NCBI GenBank assembly: GCA_963729625.1
Contig: CAVSOU010000010.1
Span: forward strand, 448,001 to 512,000
Direction of reading: 5' to 3'
DNA length: 64,000 nt
Source of the DNA: an uncultured bacterium
GTDB lineage: Bacteria > Chloroflexota > UBA5177 > JANWHV01
The notes beneath the pieces are model-generated. The model worked only from the letters and a program-made list of their open reading frames with translations, was not told the origin of the DNA and did not search any database. Position 1 is the first letter of the stretch. Every line of letters begins with the position of its first letter. The translations under genes and the position numbers were made by a program. Shown in pieces: positions 9,899 to 19,411 of this stretch.

Positions 9899-10909
9899 TT
9901 ACTTGTACGACCTCGCCATCACGTCCAGGGGGATAGCGGCATAATCGCCCGCATGGCCTGCCTGGCCAAATTGGGTCATCCTCTGCGCCACGACCTTTTG
10001 CATTGCCTCACGGGCCGGCTTGAGGTAGTCGCGGGGATCGAACTTCTCCGGGGTTTCGGTGAACACTTTGCGAATCGCTCCGGTGATGGCCAGACGGTTA
10101 TCAGTGTCCACGTTGACCTTCCGGACGCCGTTCCGGATACCGAGCTGGATCTCCTCGACCGGGACACCCCAGGTCGGCCGGAGCTTGCCACCGTACTGGT
10201 TGATGACATCCTGGAGGTCCTTCGGCACACTGGACGATCCGTGCATAACGAGATGCACCTTTGGAAGTCGCGTGTGTATCTCGATCAGCCGGTCCATCTT
10301 GAGCACCGAACCGTCCGGCTTGCTGGTGAACTTGTATGCGCCGTGACTGGTGCCAATCGCGATCGCCAGCGCGTCAAGGCCCGTCTTCGCGACGAACTCG
10401 ACTGCCTGGTCCGGATCGGTCACGTGCTCGAGTCCCGATCCACCGGCGCCATGGCCGTCCTCAATCCCGCCAAGGACGCCGATTTCGCCTTCCACGGTCA
10501 CGCCTTTGGCGTGCGCCATCTCGACTACCGCACGTGTCGCTTCGACGTTGTAGTCGAAAGTGGAAGGAGTCTTTCCGTCCGGCATCAGCGATCCATCCAT
10601 CATCACGCTGGTGAACCCAAGGTCGATTGCCGACTTGCATGTCTCCACGCTGTTCCCATGGTCGAGGTGCATGACCAAGGGAATCTCGGGATACAGCTCG
10701 GCAGCGGCCAGCATGAGGTGATAGAGAAACTTGTCCTGCGAGTACGAACGAGCGCCGCGACTTGCCTGGATAATCACAGGCGATTTCGTCTCGCGGGCAG
10801 CTTCCATGATCGCCTGGATTTGCTCCATGTTGTTCACGTTGAACGCACCGACGCCGTAGCCGCCCTTGGAGGCCTCGTCGAGAACCTGTCGCATTGAAAC
10901 TAAGGGCAT
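9899..10909 (-). CDS. fba: Fructose-bisphosphate aldolase class II
   Basis: [49 protein letters not shown]. Confidence 0.97.
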   Translation of the reverse strand: MPLVSMRQVLDEASKGGYGVGAFNVNNMEQIQAIMEAARETKSPVIIQASRGARSYSQDKFLYHLMLAAAELYPEIPLVMHLDHGNSVETCKSAIDLGFTSVMMDGSLMPDGKTPSTFDYNVEATRAVVEMAHAKGVTVEGEIGVLGGIEDGHGAGGSGLEHVTDPDQAVEFVAKTGLDALAIAIGTSHGAYKFTSKPDGSVLKMDRLIEIHTRLPKVHLVMHGSSSVPKDLQDVINQYGGKLRPTWGVPVEEIQLGIRNGVRKVNVDTDNRLAITGAIRKVFTETPEKFDPRDYLKPAREAMQKVVAQRMTQFGQAGHAGDYAAIPLDVMARSYK

Positions 10910-11184
10910 ACTGTGAGCTCTCCTCTCTTAGAAAGAAACCGGTTCTATGGTAGCGTTTTCTGGGCGCGCATGACAGGCACAAGCGTGGGCCATCGTTCAC
11001 CGGCCCCGTATCGGCGCAAGTTGTAAACATCGCGCACGGGCAGAGTGCCTGCGCCGCACCCCAGATCCCGGCACCGCGCGTTCCCAAGAACCGGACGGAC
11101 ACGATGTCCGCGTCCCGGCAAATGACGGCGCACGGTCGATCGCCGTTGTCGTTCGCCCGTAGCGACTGAGGGACGGGGGTGCCC

Positions 11185-11193
11185 TGGTATACT
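11185..11193 (+). promoter_or_regulatory. Extended -10 promoter of ychF (TGGTATACT)
   Basis: TGn+TATACT followed by GAGGAGG SD and GTG start. Confidence 0.6.
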
Positions 11194-11210
11194 CCCCCGA
11201 GGAGGATTTC

Positions 11211-12317
11211 GTGAGTCTACAAATGGGCATCGTGGGGCTGCCGAACGTCGGCAAGTCCACGCTATTCAACGCGCTGACAGCTGCCGGCGCTGCAGTTGCA
11301 AACTACCCGTTCTGCACTATTGATCCCAACGTCGGCGTTGTGGAAGTACCGGATGAGCGGCTGCACGTCCTCGCCGACATGGTGCATCCGAAGAAGATCG
11401 TGCCAGCCACCATGGAATTCCTGGATATTGCTGGGCTCGTGCGCGGGGCCAGCAAAGGTGAAGGGCTCGGAAATCAATTTCTCGGCCATATACGAGGCGT
11501 GAACGCCATCGGCATGGTGGTGCGCTGCTTTTCCGACACCAACGTCATGCACGTGGAGGGCACTGTCGAGCCAAAGCGCGATATAGAGACTATCACCATT
11601 GAGCTATGCCTCGCCGACTTGCAGGCCGTTACGAAGCGCGCCGACCGTTCCCGCAAAGCCGCAAAATCCGGAGACAAGAAGCTGCTGGCCGAGGCAGATA
11701 CGCTCGACGAGCTTGCGGCGCATCTCAACCAAGGTCTCCCGGCTCGAACATTTGAGCTGACTGAGGGTCTGGCGCCGATCTTACAGGAGCTGCATCTGTT
11801 GACGGCCAAACCCGTGCTGTATATTGCCAATCTCGACGAATCCGACATGGCGACGCTGAATGTGCGCAAACCTGCCAGCCTCGAAGCCGTCGAGGCATAC
11901 GCCAATGCTGAAGGAGCGCAGGCAGTTGCGGTGAGCGCGAAGATCGAAGCCGAGCTCGGCGAGCTCGGGCCGGAAGAAGCTGCGTTTTACTTGTCGGAGC
12001 TTGGCCTTCCCGAGGGCGGCCTGCCACGGATGATCACGGCGAGCTACGCGTTGCTCGATTTGATTACGTTCCTGACTGCCGGTGAGCCTGAAGTACGCGC
12101 GTGGACTATCCGCAGGGGTACACGGGCCCCCCAAGCAGCAGGTACAATCCACACTGACATCGAGCGCGGCTTCATCCGCGCGGAAGTCACGGCCTACAGC
12201 GAACTGATCGCGGCCGGCTCATTTGCAGTGGCACGAGAGCGGGGCGTAACCAGGCTGGAAGGCAAAGAGTATGTGATGCAGGACGGAGACGTTGTCTACT
12301 TCCGCTTTAACGTATGA
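11211..12317 (+). CDS. ychF: Redox-regulated ribosome-binding ATPase YchF
   Basis: GIVGLPNVGKSTLFNAL, NYPFCTIDPN, DIAGLVRGASKGEGLGNQFL, C-terminal TGS domain ending FRFNV. Confidence 0.97.
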   Translation: MSLQMGIVGLPNVGKSTLFNALTAAGAAVANYPFCTIDPNVGVVEVPDERLHVLADMVHPKKIVPATMEFLDIAGLVRGASKGEGLGNQFLGHIRGVNAIGMVVRCFSDTNVMHVEGTVEPKRDIETITIELCLADLQAVTKRADRSRKAAKSGDKKLLAEADTLDELAAHLNQGLPARTFELTEGLAPILQELHLLTAKPVLYIANLDESDMATLNVRKPASLEAVEAYANAEGAQAVAVSAKIEAELGELGPEEAAFYLSELGLPEGGLPRMITASYALLDLITFLTAGEPEVRAWTIRRGTRAPQAAGTIHTDIERGFIRAEVTAYSELIAAGSFAVARERGVTRLEGKEYVMQDGDVVYFRFNV

Positions 12318-12405
12318 GCTGACAGGCACACAGGACCACGAACTCGCGCCCGGGGCCGCGCAGAGTCAGTCCGTGAGGGAAACCCGCCAGTCTCGCTTGG
12401 TGTCG

Positions 12406-12633
12406 ATGCCGGTTGGCGTCTCCATCGACGATCGACGTGCGACCCTCAACTGGGCTCTTTCGGCGGTCATCGCATCGGCCGTGGCGGCCTATATGGCCGC
12501 GGAATCTCGAGGCCCGATGGACGACACCACTAGAGCGAGCTGGGCTGATGAGGAGCTGTATCGCGACCTGCGCGGCGCGGGGCCCTGGCCTTCCGGCCGC
12601 GCTTCATGGCACAGGGCAGAGCGACCCCGGTGA
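12406..12633 (+). CDS. Small protein resembling acyl-CoA carboxylase epsilon / OadG-MmdD C-terminus
   Basis: AVIASAVAAYM..SW..R pattern; stop overlaps the GTG start of the carboxylase (GTGA). Start uncertain (12373 or 12406). Confidence 0.5.
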   Translation: MPVGVSIDDRRATLNWALSAVIASAVAAYMAAESRGPMDDTTRASWADEELYRDLRGAGPWPSGRASWHRAERPR

Positions 12634-14423
12634 GCGGACGCATTGGCACGTCCGAGCGCCGGCTGCGCAGGGTACTCGTCGCCAGCCGAGGCGAGGCAGC
12701 TATTCGAGTAATCCAGGCATGCCGCGAGCTCGGAGCAGTGAGTGTAGCCGTGTACCGGGACGATGAGTCGCACGCACCGCATGTGCGGCTCGCGGACGAA
12801 GCCATCCCGCTCGGCGCATCGCGCGACAGCTATTTGAGCATCGACCGCATGCTCGAGGCGGCGCGTCGTGCCCGTGCCGATGCCGTGCATCCTGGCTCTG
12901 GACTGCTTGCTGAAAGTCCGGACTTTGCACGCGCATGCACAGCGAAAGGGCTGGCCTTTGTCGGGCCTTCGCCTGAAGCCATGATTGCCGTCGGCGCACG
13001 GACACGCGCGCGAAGCTTGGCGGTGCATGTGGGAATCCCGGTACTGGCAGATGAGCCGGAGATCATTCGCGACGACGCCCACGCGGTTGCCGTGGCCTCC
13101 CGTCTGGGATTTCCGCTCTCCGTGCTTCCTAGATCCGGGGCTGGAGGCCGCTCGCTGCAGATAGTACGGAAAGCGGACGACCTGGCGGATGCGATCAACC
13201 GCGTCCGGCATGAGGGACGGGTCTACTATGGTGACGACGGTGTCTGCGTGGAGCGGCATATCGCCGGACGTCGCCGCGTTGATGTGGACGTATTGGCCGA
13301 CATGCACGGCGACGCCCTAAGCCTGGGTCAGCGAGAGTGCCCGGTCCAGTATCTGCACCACAGGCTGATCGAGTTGTCGCCCGCTCGGTTGTCCGCGCAG
13401 CTGAGCCGAAGTCTTGATTCTGCCGCTGTCATGCTGGCGAAGGCCTGTGGGTACACGGGGGCTGGCACGTTCGAGTTCCTGGTTAACGGCGAAGAGTACT
13501 ATTTCCTGGGCGCTGTAAGGTGCCTTCAATCCGGGCACGCAGCAACAGAAATGGTCACGCGGATCGACATGGTGCAAGCCCAGCTGCGAATCGCCGGAGG
13601 CGAGAGAGTCTGGCTCGAACCTGGTGACGTACGGAGCGACGGCCACTCACTGTTGTGTCGAGTTCTTGCAGAGGCTTCCCAAACCAATGCCGTGCACGAT
13701 CGTGGAGCGTTTGCAGTCTATTGCGCGCCAACCGGCCCGGGGCTGCGGATCGACAGTGCGGTCTATGGGCGCTCTGACACAGAATCTTTGCAGGATTCGC
13801 TCATCGCGCAGGTATGCGCGTGGGGCCAAAATTCCGAAATGTCGCGGCAACGTATGATCCGGGCTTTGCGGGAGTTTGGCATTGAGGGCGCCCACACTAC
13901 AATTCCTTTTCTCTTGCGCGCGCTTCGGCATCCGCAAATAGCAGACGGCCATCTTTCCTCTGAGTTGGTTGAGCTTGTAGACGTCGCCGAATACGGCGAG
14001 CACACAAACGGCCGGCAACCTTCGGCGTTGACAGATGGCTTCGAAGACACTGCGCAAAAGAGTGGGAGTGCCAAGGCAGGTGGCAGGCGATTCAAGGTCT
14101 CCGTCGAGGGCCAACCATACGTGGTTGAGGTTGCCGAGCTTCCCCCACCAGGTCGAAGTTCACATCGAAGTCGCGCCGCGCGCCCATTGGTCACGAGGTC
14201 GGACGGCGTAGTAACAAGCCCTATGCGCGGCACGGTTGTGGAGCTGGCAGTATCGGAGGGCACATTCGTAAAAGAGGGCGCCGTACTTTGTACGATCGAA
14301 GCAATGAAGATGGAAAATGAAGTTCGTGCGCCACGTTCTGGGGTCGTTGCCGGCATCGAGGCGCGACCGGGCGACGGCGTCGCTGCCGGAGCGACGCTCA
14401 TGCGAGTGACCACGCAGGGATAG
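12630..14423 (+). CDS. Biotin carboxylase-BCCP fusion with degenerate catalytic motifs
   Basis: BC fold throughout (VLVASRGE, ADEAI, GAGTFEFL, GPGLRIDS) and an intact EAMKM biotinyl motif, but EMNTRLQVEH is replaced by GAVRCLQSGH. Confidence 0.85.
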   Translation: MSGRIGTSERRLRRVLVASRGEAAIRVIQACRELGAVSVAVYRDDESHAPHVRLADEAIPLGASRDSYLSIDRMLEAARRARADAVHPGSGLLAESPDFARACTAKGLAFVGPSPEAMIAVGARTRARSLAVHVGIPVLADEPEIIRDDAHAVAVASRLGFPLSVLPRSGAGGRSLQIVRKADDLADAINRVRHEGRVYYGDDGVCVERHIAGRRRVDVDVLADMHGDALSLGQRECPVQYLHHRLIELSPARLSAQLSRSLDSAAVMLAKACGYTGAGTFEFLVNGEEYYFLGAVRCLQSGHAATEMVTRIDMVQAQLRIAGGERVWLEPGDVRSDGHSLLCRVLAEASQTNAVHDRGAFAVYCAPTGPGLRIDSAVYGRSDTESLQDSLIAQVCAWGQNSEMSRQRMIRALREFGIEGAHTTIPFLLRALRHPQIADGHLSSELVELVDVAEYGEHTNGRQPSALTDGFEDTAQKSGSAKAGGRRFKVSVEGQPYVVEVAELPPPGRSSHRSRAARPLVTRSDGVVTSPMRGTVVELAVSEGTFVKEGAVLCTIEAMKMENEVRAPRSGVVAGIEARPGDGVAAGATLMRVTTQG

Positions 14424-14650
14424 ATTGGGTGCCGGTCATTGCGCAGTTGAAGCCAACGGCCGAGCGCCGTATGGCGCCGTGCGGAGCCGCGTGAATGCGG
14501 GACTCGCCGGCAGGGACTTGCTAGCTTCTGAACCGGGCAAGCGGCAGGATGCGACGCTACCCGGCACGAGCCGATGTTTCGCAGAGCACGCTGACTTGGC
14601 GATAGGGGCACACAGGTGATCGATACGCCGCATTCTCACACCAGGGCGAC

Positions 14651-15145
14651 GTGAATCTGGATACACTCTGGCGGGTGCTAGCGTATGCCAGGGCCGAGAG
14701 TCAAGATGATGTCGACCGGACCGCCGGCATCGTCATGGAGCTATTGGTCGAGCAATCCATCGAGAGTATCATGGCGTTCGACCGTGTATTGTTCAATCTG
14801 GTCGCTCAGGCGTACACGCCCCAGCTTTGGGCCGCGAGCTACATCATCAATTACGGCACAACTGACGCGGGCTTCGAATACTTCGCGGGCTGGCTCATCG
14901 CTAGGGGCAAGGAGACATATGAGGCCGCGCTGGCCGATGCTGACTCACTGACGGACGTCGTCAGCGTCGATGAAGAGGCCGAATGTGAAAGCATGCTCTA
15001 TGTCGCCCAGTACGCCTACGAGCGGCGCATGGGAACCGAGATGCCAATTCGGAACCGGCGTCCGCCCCCCCGCGACGTTACGCTGTTGCGCGAGAGCGAG
15101 CTGCCTCAGCTTTGCCCCAGGCTCTGGGCGAAATTTAGCGCGTAG
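14651..15145 (+). CDS. DUF4240 domain protein
   Basis: AYTPQLWAASYIINYG.TDAGFEYFAGWLIARGKETYE.AL.DAD.L, ECESMLYVA. Confidence 0.85.
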   Translation: MNLDTLWRVLAYARAESQDDVDRTAGIVMELLVEQSIESIMAFDRVLFNLVAQAYTPQLWAASYIINYGTTDAGFEYFAGWLIARGKETYEAALADADSLTDVVSVDEEAECESMLYVAQYAYERRMGTEMPIRNRRPPPRDVTLLRESELPQLCPRLWAKFSA

Positions 15146-15411
15146 GACAGTTCGGCGCGCTACGGCGTCCGGCAGCGTACCAATTCGCTTGCTCGTACCA
15201 TGCTCCCTGAGTAACGGGTGACCCGGCAAAGGGCCTGCTCGAGCACCGGGCAGGCCAAAGACGTCATGGAGCATGTGCTATATAGTTACAGTGAGGGTGT
15301 GTCTGCCTGGGCCAAAGTCGAGTTGCACGCACGGCGAAGCCGTTCAGTGGGGACTAGCTGGACCGCGCGTCAAGGAGCGACGCGAGATCCTCGGAGGCGG
15401 AGAAGAGGCTG

Positions 15412-16347
15412 ATGAACAAGGTCAAGGTGCGCTGCTCTGTCTGCGGAAAACCGTTCAAGACGCCGTCGCTCAAGAAGAATGTCTGCCCGTCATGCGAGGC
15501 GGAGGCCAAGCGCGCAAAGCATCATCAGACTGGGCCCCTCCCGGCTGCGCCGGTGGCCGCTGCTACCTCGTCGGTCGATGTTCGAGCGGCACTGCGAGCT
15601 GCACAGGAAAACCAGGGTCAGTTTGGTGCGTATCGACCGCCCGCTCCGGCCCCGGCTGCGGCGCCTGTAGACTCAGCGCGTGGGCAGGGGGTACACGCGC
15701 CCGCCACTCACCCAAGCAGGCGTGAAGACAGGCCCGCTGTGCGAAAGCCGCGGCCCACGGGTCAGCCACGACAGCGCGTGCCTCATCCGCCCAGGGAACC
15801 AAGGCCCCGCGTCGTGCAGAGGCCGTTTGAGCCAACGCCTGAGCAGACGGAGTCCGTGCGCCTTCGGTATCTGGAGCTCGCCCAGCCGGAGTTCGACGGC
15901 ATTCGGCATCAAATCGCGACCGAGCTCGGCATCCCCTTGCGGGTTATCAAGGATATCATCAAGAAGACTCGCGCAGAGGGTCAAATTCAAAGTTGGTGGG
16001 AACGCAACGGAGGGCTTCCGTCTCAAGAAGATCTCGCTCGCATAAGGGAGCTCTACCTGCCTTTGCTTCCAGAGCCTGATATAGGTGTTCACAAGGCTAT
16101 CGCCGCCCAGCTGCATTTGACCAACACGAGTGTGTACCAAGCAATCGGACAGATTCGGGCACAGCTTGAGCTTCCCCGATATCTTGACCGCGAGGGCGTG
16201 GAGCATTCAGGCGGCATCGCAGACGGCACTGCGGATTACGAACCGCCCGCGATCGAGGACGCCGGTCGGGACGCTGTCGGAAACTCCGCGCCACCCGACA
16301 CTACAGCCTCGGGAGTACCTGAATCCAAGCCGTTCGCCGGCGAATGA
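15412..16347 (+). CDS. Hypothetical protein: N-terminal Zn ribbon plus two HTH-like repeats
   Basis: CSVC..CPSC; repeats GIRHQIATELGIP and GVHKAIAAQLHLT; AGAGG SD. Confidence 0.7.
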   Translation: MNKVKVRCSVCGKPFKTPSLKKNVCPSCEAEAKRAKHHQTGPLPAAPVAAATSSVDVRAALRAAQENQGQFGAYRPPAPAPAAAPVDSARGQGVHAPATHPSRREDRPAVRKPRPTGQPRQRVPHPPREPRPRVVQRPFEPTPEQTESVRLRYLELAQPEFDGIRHQIATELGIPLRVIKDIIKKTRAEGQIQSWWERNGGLPSQEDLARIRELYLPLLPEPDIGVHKAIAAQLHLTNTSVYQAIGQIRAQLELPRYLDREGVEHSGGIADGTADYEPPAIEDAGRDAVGNSAPPDTTASGVPESKPFAGE

Positions 16348-17351
16348 GCGAGCGATTCGGCGTTCGGGAACACGGAACTCCTGAGAGTGACGACCTCGCC
16401 TCCAGGGTGCTTCGTGGCGACGTTCGCGCGATTGCCCGGCTCATCACGTATGTTGAGAACGGCCGGGTGGAAGCCCGACTTGCTCTTGGACGGCTTTTTC
16501 CGCATACTGGCCGCGCGTATGTCATTGGGATAACTGGCGCGCCAGGCGCCGGAAAAAGCACCCTTGTCGACGGCCTTATCCGGCTTGCGCGTGCGGAAGG
16601 AGGCGAGGTAGCCGTGCTTGCCATCGATCCCAGCAGTCCATTTTCGGGCGGCGCAGTCCTTGGCGATCGCATCCGGATGCAGACGAATTCGAGCGATCCC
16701 CATGTCTTCATCCGCAGCATGGGCGCGCGAGGACACCTGGGTGGGCTTGCGCAGGCCACGCGCGATGCCGTGCGAGTGCTCGACGCAGGCGGCTACGCTC
16801 TGATTCTGGTAGAAACTGTTGGCGTCGGGCAGTCTGAACTCGACGTTGCGGCGGCTGCAGACACGACTGTCGTCGTCGTCACGCCGGGCATGGGCGACAC
16901 TGTTCAGACGCTTAAAGCAGGTATTCTGGAGATCGCCGACATCTTTGCGCTAAACAAGGCCGACCAGGATGGCGCTCGCCGGACTCTTCTAGCACTCAAC
17001 AGTGTGCTGCACATGGACTCATGCCGCGCCTGGCGAGCGGAGGTTGTTGAGACGCGTGCACACGAGGGACTGGGCCTGGAGGAACTATGGTCCGCGCTTC
17101 GCCGCCATCGCGCGTATCTCGAGAACGAAGGTGAGCTTATTGCGCGGAGGGCCCATCGCCTTCGTCACGAAGTGCACAGCCTTGTCGACAGCGGGATCCG
17201 TGCGACGGTTATCCCACGTCTGCTTGCGGCCGCTCGCTGGGAGCCGATCATGCAATCCGTGGCAGACCGAAAGCTAGATCCCGCCGCCGGCGCGGAAGAG
17301 ATACTGCGGCAGGTGGCTGTGGCTTCGAGTATCGGGCATGAGCGGTCGTAG
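16344..17351 (+). CDS. meaB: Methylmalonyl-CoA mutase-associated GTPase MeaB
   Basis: GITGAPGAGKST, AIDPSSPFSGGAVLGDRIRM, ETVGVGQSE, KAGILEIAD, NKAD. Confidence 0.95.
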   Translation: MSERFGVREHGTPESDDLASRVLRGDVRAIARLITYVENGRVEARLALGRLFPHTGRAYVIGITGAPGAGKSTLVDGLIRLARAEGGEVAVLAIDPSSPFSGGAVLGDRIRMQTNSSDPHVFIRSMGARGHLGGLAQATRDAVRVLDAGGYALILVETVGVGQSELDVAAAADTTVVVVTPGMGDTVQTLKAGILEIADIFALNKADQDGARRTLLALNSVLHMDSCRAWRAEVVETRAHEGLGLEELWSALRRHRAYLENEGELIARRAHRLRHEVHSLVDSGIRATVIPRLLAAARWEPIMQSVADRKLDPAAGAEEILRQVAVASSIGHERS

Positions 17352-17480
17352 CCGGGTTGGCCGATCTGCGTCGCGCGATGGAATGTGGCTACCATGCGAT
17401 TGAGCAAGTGAAGGTGCCAGGCCCGCTTGGCGGTGAGGTCCCCCGGTCCGGCAGCTACGAGTGCAGATGATAGGTTGAAC

Positions 17481-18050
17481 ATGATTGAGCCGCTACGACC
17501 CCTTCCAGAAAGAGCGCGGCAAATCCTCGAGGCGATGCACGCGCCGCCCAGGTTGCTGGCGCACCTCGCGCTCGTCCACGAAGTCGCCTATGAACTCCTT
17601 GACGGAATGTCCGTGGCGTGGCCTGACCTGCCGATCGACCGCGAAGCTGTGTTGATGGGCTCGGCCCTGCACGACGCGGGGAAGGCGGTTCACCGCGACG
17701 AGCTGACGACGTTGGGCAGCGAGCACGAGGACGATGGGCCGGGCCTGCTTGCCCAGCAGGGCGTGCCTCCTGACATCGCGCGATTCGCACGTACCCATGG
17801 CCAATGGGCAAGTGATCCGTCGGCCACAATCGAGGATCTGATAGTCGCGCTAGCCGACCAGTTGTGGATTGGGAAGCGCGATCAGAGTCTCGAGGACAGC
17901 ATCATCAGGCAGCTGGCAGAATTCAGCAGGGAGCCCCTCTGGAGCGCGTTCGCCGCGTTTGATGAGCTGGAGCTGACGGTGCTCGAGGGAGCCGGTCGGC
18001 GCTTCGCACTGTACAAAGCCATCGCAGACAGCGAAGATCGGCTGTCGTAG
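17481..18050 (+). CDS. HD domain phosphohydrolase
   Basis: HLALVHEVA, ALHDAGK, EH..G, RTH, VALAD. Confidence 0.85.
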   Translation: MIEPLRPLPERARQILEAMHAPPRLLAHLALVHEVAYELLDGMSVAWPDLPIDREAVLMGSALHDAGKAVHRDELTTLGSEHEDDGPGLLAQQGVPPDIARFARTHGQWASDPSATIEDLIVALADQLWIGKRDQSLEDSIIRQLAEFSREPLWSAFAAFDELELTVLEGAGRRFALYKAIADSEDRLS

Positions 18051-18177
18051 CAAAGTCCAATGCCGGGGATCGTGGCCTGCGACGAATCACTCCGCTGATT
18101 GGCGGACCAGTCGGCGCCAGTGCCCCACCGACCTGCAGACGCACACCGGCCATCGGTCAGGAGTTGGCGCTGGCTGC

Positions 18178-19386
18178 TTATTTCAGCGTCTGCATGCGGT
18201 GGTACTCTTCAAACCAGTCTGTCATCCTGCCGGCAAGGAGCTCCTGCTCGGCGAGGCGGTCGCGCTCAAAGGCGGCCTCGATGCCGTCATGGATCAACCG
18301 TTTCAGGCGGTCGGGATCAGGCACCGCCTCCAAGACGATCGCCCCGGCGCTTCGCCGCTCGAGCACGATAGTGCCAATGTTCAGAAGCCGGCCGCTGACT
18401 GGGGCTGAGCAGGCGATTACATCGCGAACTGAGCGCAGATCGGCTGCTCGGTCACGGCGCATGAGGCCGAGCGGGTTGCGCATACTTACGAGTCGCTCCG
18501 ACGTAAGTACGTACAGCCGGCTGCGCCAGTCCCACCAGAGCCAGAAGAGCGATAGCGCGCAGACCATTGCTGACCCGACGGGAGCGAATCGCGAAAGCTC
18601 GGGTCTCCACACAAGAAGCGCGGCGCACGTCCCGGCGCACAAGACGAGTGACACCACCAGGCCCCTCCCCAGCAAGGCGGGGTGCCTGCGCGAGACGAAT
18701 ACGATTGCCTCATCTGCCGCAGGGCCGAGTCGACGCCGCGCGCGCAGTGTCAGCCGCGTGATTCTCTGGAGCTCAATCGTCGGCGTGCAATGCACACCAC
18801 TTCCGCCACGGAAGATTCTCGTCAGGGCGGCCTGTATCTGATCACCTCCGCTGCCGTGCAGGCGACGGTGATCCTCCTGCGCCTCTAGCACAAGTGACCG
18901 CAGCGTTTCCTCCAGCGCACGCGGCCGGGGTACCATCCTGAGAACGAACAAGCTTCCGCGCCCTTCGATATCCACGACGACATCACCGTAGTCAAGTCCC
19001 CACGTTGATTTGCCTGTCTGCACAGCTTCTCGAGGCCGCGCATTGCGCATATATGCCTCGCGACGGCGCACGGTTGCAATGCCCCGCTGCTCGACAATAC
19101 GCAGATTGGTGAGGACATAGGACGTGCTGGCCCATGGGACAACGTGCCGCAGGAGCCAGCTCAGGAACATGATGCCAACAGCCGAGAGAACCACAAGATC
19201 GAAGATGCTCGAGTACCTGGCGAGGCCTGCGGCGGGCAAGCAAAAATCGGCTACCGCGTACGCCGGAAGAAGCCCCAGCAGCGGCACGAGCCAGAACAGT
19301 GGGCGCACCACCGTCCACCAGTGCCGGCGGATTACCGCGACCCGCCTTTCACCAGGTTGAAGCTTGAGTGACGAGGCACCTGTCAT
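18178..19386 (-). CDS. Membrane protein with two bacterial PH (bPH_2) domains
   Basis: Two repeats of RRH.. + 2 TM + YVLTN/SxR..G + YGDV/IGTI. Confidence 0.75.
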   Translation of the reverse strand: MTGASSLKLQPGERRVAVIRRHWWTVVRPLFWLVPLLGLLPAYAVADFCLPAAGLARYSSIFDLVVLSAVGIMFLSWLLRHVVPWASTSYVLTNLRIVEQRGIATVRRREAYMRNARPREAVQTGKSTWGLDYGDVVVDIEGRGSLFVLRMVPRPRALEETLRSLVLEAQEDHRRLHGSGGDQIQAALTRIFRGGSGVHCTPTIELQRITRLTLRARRRLGPAADEAIVFVSRRHPALLGRGLVVSLVLCAGTCAALLVWRPELSRFAPVGSAMVCALSLFWLWWDWRSRLYVLTSERLVSMRNPLGLMRRDRAADLRSVRDVIACSAPVSGRLLNIGTIVLERRSAGAIVLEAVPDPDRLKRLIHDGIEAAFERDRLAEQELLAGRMTDWFEEYHRMQTLK

Positions 19387-19411
19387 GACGTTGCCGCCCG
19401 CCGGGATGCGA

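Noticed and set aside
9668-10897. 409-aa plus-strand ORF
   Set aside because: Antisense shadow of fba caused by high-GC codon bias; no motifs.
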